A stretch of DNA of 62,560 nt, filler included, from Choristocarpus tenellus KU-1152 (lineage: Eukaryota; Protista; Phaeophyceae), in NCBI GenBank assembly GCA_964200185.2. It is 8 parts of 8 records of this genome, joined end to end, with 100 filler letters (N's around TTAATTAATTAA, not from the genome) between each part and the next. Parts side by side here need not be neighbours in the genome. Positions count along the whole stretch, not along the records: positions 40,917 to 51,424 come from CAXNAD020002886.1; positions 51,525 to 62,560 come from CAXNAD020002552.1; 6 more parts are not named here. One strand, written 5' to 3'. The notes beneath the pieces were generated by a model that worked only from the letters and a program-made list of their open reading frames with translations, was not told where the DNA came from and did not search any database. Both the position numbers and the translations under genes were made by a program. Positions within the stretch are counted from its first letter, which is position 1. Each line of letters starts with the position of its first letter. Below are positions 50,641 through 62,560 of this stretch, in pieces.

Positions 50641-51287
50641 CATCGTTTGGTCACGTACCCCCTACTGTGGTTGGGAAAACTCCTCTTCTGAATCTGCACC
50701 CACAACGCGTGAAGATGGAGACGCCGTCCACACAAACGCCTCAGTTTCGAAAAACGTGTCTGGACGAAGCATCGGTGGAACCAGAAGAGGAGCCCACCTC
50801 CCAGGTGCAATCCCAGTCATCGGGACCCCCCACATCTGCGCCGCAGGACTCAACCAAGCCAGAAGGAGAATTTACAGATACTTACACCCCCTGCAGAACT
50901 TCTTCGGCGTATATCCTGTTGCAGCTCCGAGATGTAGGCAGGACAGCACCAGTACCGAACGCCAACTTTGTCTTGCCAGGAGCGGACGCTAAGATGCAGT
51001 CCGATACAGGGAATAGATTGGAAGCAGCAACAAGGCACACTGTCGTCCATGATGGAGAAAAGGCTGTTGGTGTTAGTGAGGCAGAGGTGGCAGCGGGGGC
51101 TGGGGGGGGTGCAGGTGCAGGAGAAATGATGGGGGTTGGAGCACAGAAAGGGACATCGGGGAGAGTGGCAAGGGACAACAACAGGGAGGCTTTTGAGGGT
51201 CAAACTCGAGCAGGAGATGGGAGAGGGTTACAAGGGAAGACACCTCCATGGCAGGGGGGGCTTGGCGGATGGGGTGCAATGACTGCG
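50641..51287 (+). CDS. Probable long exon of an uncharacterised low-complexity protein
   Basis: Lies within a 256-codon open frame (50556-51326), with a pyrimidine-rich acceptor (ttctctccag at 50640) and a donor GCG|gtgagt at 51288. No recognisable domain. Confidence 0.35.
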
Positions 51288-51359
51288 GTGAGTTTCTTGG
51301 ACACTCCTGAGATGACTATGCTATAATAAGTAGCAACTAGTGTATAATGCTGTGGGATA

Positions 51360-51424
51360 GAGTGAAAGTATCTTAGAGGGTACGAGTTTTGCCCTGTTCG
51401 TCCATTTGTGGCTTGGCTTCCCAT
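51360..51424. mobile_element. MITE family A terminus truncated by the contig end
   Basis: gagtgaaagtatcttagagggtacgagttttgccctgttcgtccatttgtggcttggcttcccat, then the linker. Confidence 0.85.
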
Positions 51425-51524
51425 NNNNNNNNNNNNNNNNNNNNNNNNNNNNNNNNNNNNNNNNNNNNTTAATTAATTAANNNNNNNNNNNNNNNNNNNN
51501 NNNNNNNNNNNNNNNNNNNNNNNN
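51425..51524. other. Artificial contig linker
   Basis: Same spacer. Confidence 0.98.
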
Positions 51525-53883
51525 CCGGCCCTACTCTACCTCACTCAGAGTCACCCCTTGGTGCTACAGCCATTATCAGCTGGCAAGTCAGGGGGAGAGG
51601 GACCTGGAAAACCCCTCTGGGATTTATTGGTAATACACCCACACATGCATTACTCAGTTCACACAAGCTCCGCACTCTTCTACTACACTCTACAACACCT
51701 GTACAATGCCCATACGAGTTCCTCCATTATAATTCCCAGCATTCACACACGCTTGACACGGCTACAAATTGGAAGAGTGAGTGTTGTAGAAATACATCAC
51801 AGAGAACAACATACTTTCAACTGTGACAATAAATATATATACATGTGGGTATCCAAAGATTTGCTGGGTGAATTTGAGAGGGTACATGGTAAGTATCACA
51901 GAGCAAAGATGTTTAAATACCACATTTGAGACTCTTGTACTACTGCCCTGCACACAAGTTTGAAGCATTGCTGTTCCACTAACCAGCATTTATTTGCAGC
52001 CTAGAATTGATTGGGATATTTGGGACACACCTCTATGTAAAAATGTACAGGACTTGCCAAGAATTTTGGTGAAAAAATTACTCTTGTGCCTACCTGACTT
52101 ACATACTACAGTGTACATACACCTTGCATCAATAGTGTGTAATAAGCCGGTATCCTGTAAATATGAGAAACGTGTGCTTATCACAATTTGAAACAGCGAA
52201 CTGAACTCTATACTCCACATTCTCCACATTCGTCCAAGGGTTTCCATACACACAAAAGACATTTCTACCGGATGGGTTTCCCAAACATAAATGAAGGCAT
52301 TTCTAGAGGGAAAGGTCCTAGGGCCAACCCTACCCTCCCCATGAGCAGGCTCATCAGTTCAACCCCTCCCCCCCCAAAAAAGAAACTATCCGGGTTTGTT
52401 TTATCACATCATCACAACTAAAGGTTTAGGGTATTAGTAACAGAATCAAAAAGGTGTGTATGTGTGTTATGAATACAGTGGTTCACGGTGGCTCCATCCC
52501 ATGGACCACATCACAACAAAAAAGAAAGTTTGGTCCAGGTTAAAAAAAAAAATGCTTTACTGAAGAGGGCAAGCTCGCTCAACATCTTGTTTCACACTCT
52601 TGCTCAAGTCATACCGCTCTCTAGGTTATGATCGGTGCATAGAACACAGAATACTTACTTATCTCAACCATATATACACATATATACATAAATACATACA
52701 TATGTAGTGTGTGCAGATGCTTGGTTGAAATGAGATAATTGAGAAACGCAAAGGAACTGTACTTATTCTTAGCAGCCTGTTGTTTGAGTTGCAACGTGAG
52801 GGACCTACAGGCTGCGCATGCATTCTTGGAGTCCCATGCAGGTCACCTTGTCTTCCCCATGGGACCGTACTACTATGCAGGTATTATTATTATTGCTATT
52901 ATTATCATTATCACTACTAGTAGTAGAATGTGGGAAGGGTTAAGGTGGAAGTGAGTACAACAGCCTCCCCCCACCTTGCACAACCGTACTGACTAATGTG
53001 TTGTACAATACTAAATACGCTTGAGAATATTTCTAGTAACACTTTAGATTATAGAATTAATGTAGGAATATATACGGATACATATGTATATGCTAAAAAA
53101 TTAAACAAATAATAACAAAAAATAAGAATGATATTATATATACTACTACTGTTGTAGTACAGTGCGCTTTGTATTGAGAAGTCAGTGTGATTCTCGTTTC
53201 AACTACACTTCAATGAGCTCCTTTTTACTGCTTGAAAAGTCAAAACCTCTCTCTGCCCAAGCCCACAGTACAACGTATGCTGTCTTCAACGAAGAGGTAG
53301 ATTACCTCACAAAAAAAAAAACGCTAAGCGATGCAACATGTAACGGTCCTCTCCGTACCCACAAATTGCTGCTTCCGATCATAGCAGACAGAATAAAATC
53401 AAGTGCATAGGTCGAACACACCAATTAAAACACTCATATTTCCTTGCAACAGGTTGTTTCAGCCTGTAAACACTCTACATGTAAAATGCACGTAAGTATG
53501 TATATATAAACAAAAACGCATACAATCAATAATAAACAGAGTGCATCGAAACAACAACTTTGAAGTAAGACAATAATGGCGCCATCCACATACATACTGG
53601 AAATGTATGTCCTCCAGATTGTTATTTACACCATTTTAAACAACCAAGAACTACAAGGATATCAGTTAATGAAATCATGTGATCCCTGCGCTGGAAGAGA
53701 AATGAATGCTGCATCACGAATAGACGTGAGGCCTAGTACGTGAGGCCTAGTACAATAACAAGCAGGGGGTATAAACCTGTACACTGTGGACAAGAATACA
53801 TAAATGTTCACACTCTGCGTTAAAATTTCTGTGAATGCCACGTAGGTTTTGAACCGGAGTGTCACGAGCACTACATGGTACTG

Positions 53884-54146
53884 GGTGGTATGATATGCGT
53901 TTCAGAACAACACCAAATCACATTGTGTGTTATGGACATAGCATAGTGTTGAGTGGTATGTTAAGTGTTCCAGAAGAACACCAAATCACATTGTGTGTTA
54001 TGGACATAACGCAGTTTTGAGTGGTATGCTACGTAAATCACACAGAACACCAATTCACATCTTGTGTTATGGACGCAACAAAGAGTTGAGCGGTATGTAA
54101 CGCATTTCAGAAGAACATCAATTCACATTGCAACATAGTGTTGAGT
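53884..54146. repeat. Imperfect ~68-bp tandem repeat x4
   Basis: gagtggtatg...cagaagaacaccaaatcacattgtgtgttatggaca recurs at ~53884, 53951, 54019 and 54087. Confidence 0.8.
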
Positions 54147-55802
54147 GTTACATTGTCCAACGTGTGTAAAAATGCAAAAGTACCTGAGTACTGCGTCGAA
54201 AAGATCGCTAATTCACACCACAACTGAAAAAAATATATGCAGCAATGTACTGCCAGAAATCCTTGACAAACACCACCTTCACATCCTCAAACAAAGGAAC
54301 CAGAAAGGAACAGAGAATTGCCGCACTTTCCTGGGGCATACATCCCACTCCTCTACCCTCTCTTATATCAGATTTTTCCCAACACTAGGTGTGCTACTGT
54401 CTTGTCATGAACAGATCCACACCCTCATGCTGCCGTTGCATACTATCTCAATGCAAAAACGCCTTCGCATGCAAATTTGTCCTTTTTTGATGGAACCCCT
54501 ACCCAATCGCTGCTCTCAGTACATCTTTTCACCTCACTGTGTTCTATGACAGGGTCGTACCATACTTTATATACGTCAAGCCTATCATGTTCTATTACAG
54601 GGCCGTACTATGCTCTATGTACACCGACCTCATTTTTTTTTTATTGTTGGGTCACAATAATACCATACTACACTGAATTTAAGTACATCGAGGGCAACAT
54701 GGTTACAGTTAGGACTGTTTCCTAAAAAAAAATTCAAGATGTAAAATGTTGGTATCGTTCTTCCAACTACAATGATCATCACTCTTAACTAGTATCGTTT
54801 TCTGAAATATAACTGTATGGTTTGCCCAACCCTTTCTGTTGGAAAGCTCACCTTCTTGCAGGAGCCAGCAAGAGATCTTCCTGTTCTATTCTATTCTATA
54901 TAGTACTCCCATTGCTCTATCTTTTTTCCCAAGTGCTGTACACATCATGACCATGCTGGAAATAGTTACGAGAATTGTGATGCAGCACTGTACGAATTTC
55001 TTATTCTTGTGACATGCAACCCCCAAATTTGTTCATAGTCAGGACCTGAACTATTTTAGGGTTGGGACTAATTAGTTTTGTTGACTGCAAAATTCTTCTA
55101 GCTATTACACACTTGCAGGCAATCAGTACTAAGTGCTAGTGACACCACTGGGAGGTAAGAGTGAACAAAAAACAGATCCTTTGCTCATTGCATGTTGTAT
55201 ACCAAGTACCAGGCTCCAGCAGATGTTGGGGTTTGTTGGGGGGTGGGGGGGGGGGGATTTTTTGGAAGAATTGACCTCCTCGATGAGAATGGGATAAGGG
55301 CAAGATGTGTAAGGAGTCTTTGCAGCACATCCTCTGCCTGTGGACTGATTGTTGATTTTACAACACATAATCAAACCTGTCTGGTCAACGTGAGGCTGTC
55401 CTAGGGCTCTACAAAGAGGGGTGTACAAACGATTACACCCATGACCCAGTCACATAGACCCCAAACTTAACATGTTTTCGTTGCTGCCATATCAGTATAA
55501 ATTGGCTCCCCATCGGTTACCGTGACTGCTGCTTGGTCACCAACACTCTCTGCCCTCATCTCCAATACAATGCTCTATTGAAAAAAAATAACTTGCTTGC
55601 ATCTCTGACTCTAAATCACTCCAGAGGAAATGATGCATGAAGTGTACCAAAAAGCAATCCCCACCTCAATCCATTTGTATGCAACTCCTTCCCACAACAA
55701 GCCCAGTAACACACTTAGCCCCACATACCACACGCTAGGAATACCTTTCTATCCCCCCTTACCCCCCCCTCCACTACTTGAATACAGATCGCTGAAGCAC
55801 AC

Positions 55803-57344
55803 CTGTCCTCAGACGGAGATAGCCCTGCCAGTATCGCCTTGCCTCTCCAGGGTCTAGAGCAGCATGCAGCTGGCGAAAGCCCAACGTGAGGGGCCGACTC
55901 TGCGCATTGACCCTGCACATCACCATCACCACACACCCAATCGTGAGATTCATCAGAGCAAGGAACAAGTGGTAGAGGAGGTTAGGAGGGGTATGGCAAG
56001 TGAGCTATATATATGCTTTGCAACCCGCCATGACCATCCATCATTGGCAAGGGTGGTGCACTGGTCCAGGCTTGAGCCATGGGTGCATGTGTGTGTCAGA
56101 CAGACAAGATTGACCCACAAGTGTCAAAATGGTCACTGTGATATCTCCCAGCCTAGAAGTGCTGCATTGGCAGGTGGAGAGAATGGGAAGTTACTGCTCT
56201 CTCTCTCCGTATCTCTCAATCACACACATATAGTGTGGTGCGCACAAGGACACCATAACCATAGCAAAGGTTTGTGCTCTATGCAGGGCAACTGGATTTC
56301 CAGAAGACGTTCTTAGAGGAGATTACTATTATACTATACCAATCTCCTTCATGTTGCATCCCTTACTCCTACCACAGGACATGGAGAACAGTACTGTTGC
56401 CACTCACACGCACCTGGATATTGTCTCCTCGTAACCTAGGCGCAACGTGTGTTCTCCAGCGACAGACGACATAACAGCCGCAGCAGGAACGCCAGCCATC
56501 GCGGCCGGGCTCTTCTCATCCTCACCAGGCGTGCACACCAGCTCATGCACCATGGGTACATCATGGGTCTTCCGTATACGCATACCCAAGCTATGACTGC
56601 TGAAAGTTACCTTTTAGATGTTTCTCAAAGATGAAGTGGGTAGAATGTAACGTGGCGATGTCAAGGTTATGTAGGAGATGGGCTAGAGTACGGAGTGGGA
56701 TCACATGTTTTATGTGGCGTGCTTGTCGCACGAGGCAAGTAACCGCATTGGGAGTACAATAGCATCAAACACTTCTGATAGGAAACCAACAAGGAGGATT
56801 GAAGGGCAAAGAACCAAGGGAAGGGCTGCTTCTCGATCGTGGGTTCTGATACAATCTCCTCACAGTCACTTCCCACAAGAGATTACTTGGTCGCTTCACT
56901 GACTCTACGGCTCTATCTCACCCTCGGTAGTAACATAGTCTTTAACTGCTTGCCTACAGCAACAAAAACGCACTGTAGTGGTCCAACCCCTTGAGTTAAA
57001 CTACTCAATTTCTCACGATTAATAATATCAAGTCCACCACCCGCTGACCCTGCCCAGCCTCAGTGGGGTGGGTACCCGGTGGAACGGGTGTTGAGGTGGG
57101 TTGCTAAAGAGGATCAGTCCGCGTTATGATCACCTCGTACAGACTTGTGGGCAGCCTCTATTTTCGCTGAAGTCCTAAGTACGCCTGATGCTGCACCTCT
57201 ATGCAAGTTCAACAACCTTTCTCTGGAAGAAAGAGAAACGTCGTACACACCCACGACCACGGGCGTGATATAATTGCAATATACAATACAATCGCTTACC
57301 TCGAACTCCTGAAAAAATGGGTTGGAGTCGGAGGTAGGCATCAT
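55803..57344 (-). CDS. PDZ-domain protein (possibly PDZ followed by PH), 5' exons
   Basis: Exons 57344-57300, 57157-57134, 56610-56414 and 55912-55803. Product: MMPTSDSNPFFQEFE|RLPTSLYE|VTFSSHSLGMRIRK...SPAAMAGV...SVAGEHTLRLGYEETISR|VNAQSRPLTLGFRQ...WQGYLRLRT. The YEVTF..SLGM, SPA..AG, V.G and RPLTL.F pattern fits a PDZ fold. Downstream exons not resolved. Confidence 0.7.
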
Positions 57345-57838
57345 GCGCTCGATGTTCAGCAGCAACTTCGCTCTAGTCGTATAGTGTCTTGACTCTCACA
57401 ATCCCTCTCCCTCCTTAATGACCCTTCTTTCTGCTAAAATGATCACACTCCATCCACATTTAACTCTGAAGCACAGAACCTCCCAACAATTCGGGTTTCA
57501 ACCTGAAGCAACCTTGACGGGGTGTGTAACCCCTCATGATGGATACCAAACCTTAAGAAGGGATATTTCTTGTTGACAGTGACAAGGATTGGAAAGAGGA
57601 GAGAAGAGTTGCAAAAATATGTTTGTTTTATTATTATCAAATTTTCAACGGCCCCATCCCTTCTCCTTCCCTTTCTTCATCAGCACTAGTGAGTGTCGAA
57701 CACTTGCGTACGTGAAGGCAAGGTTTGCGATAGTGGCTGGGACACTGCTTGGGAAACCATCTTGTGGAACGGTTCTTCATCAGCACTTGCAGGGCGTCTT
57801 TAGTCTGGCGGTCGCTTGTAGAATTCTGTGTGTAGGCC

Positions 57839-62560
<4,722 letters not shown>

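Noticed and set aside
5595-51524. Recurring TTAATTAATTAA within N-runs as a biological motif, and any gene-cluster interpretation across it (e.g. GPC1/CDC50/VPS13 lipid genes or CFAP58/kinesin-13 flagellar genes)
   Set aside because: It is an identical 100-bp artificial six-frame-stop linker, so adjacency between contigs carries no biological information.
53884-54146. 68-bp periodic repeat with conserved and variable halves as a repeat-spacer array
   Set aside because: The variable parts are still homologous to one another, so this is a diverged tandem duplication.

Overview
Eukaryotic, intron-rich genomic DNA. It is most likely a stramenopile alga (brown alga or close relative), inferred from flagellar genes, TTAGGG-type repeats, FNIP repeats and long repeat-filled introns. 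The window is not contiguous: eight contigs (1-5594, 5695-16414, 16515-26026, 26127-30757, 30858-37714, 37815-40816, 40917-51424, 51525-62560) are joined by identical artificial 100-bp linkers (44 N + TTAATTAATTAA + 44 N). By reading splice junctions by hand I reconstructed partial or complete genes for GPC1-type acyltransferase, CFAP58, an uncharacterised coiled-coil protein, UPF3, CDC50/ALIS, a VPS13-family C-terminus, a PDZ-domain protein and a kinesin-13. The window also holds a decayed Ty1/copia element, a ~255-bp MITE family with GAG...CTC ends and 4-bp TSDs (Sola-like, 5-6 copies), a foldback MITE, an intronless F-box/FNIP-repeat pseudogene, a possible KDZ/Zisupton-like transposase relic and many minisatellites. 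The most striking signal is the splicing pattern. Of 35 hand-reconstructed introns, 4 use GC donors, 11 use AAG acceptors, 28 are phase 0 and 30 follow an exonic AG. Many acceptors lack a polypyrimidine tract, and telomere-like CCCTAA(C) motifs tend to lie on the sense strand of introns. All counts come from manual gene models and need RNA-seq confirmation.
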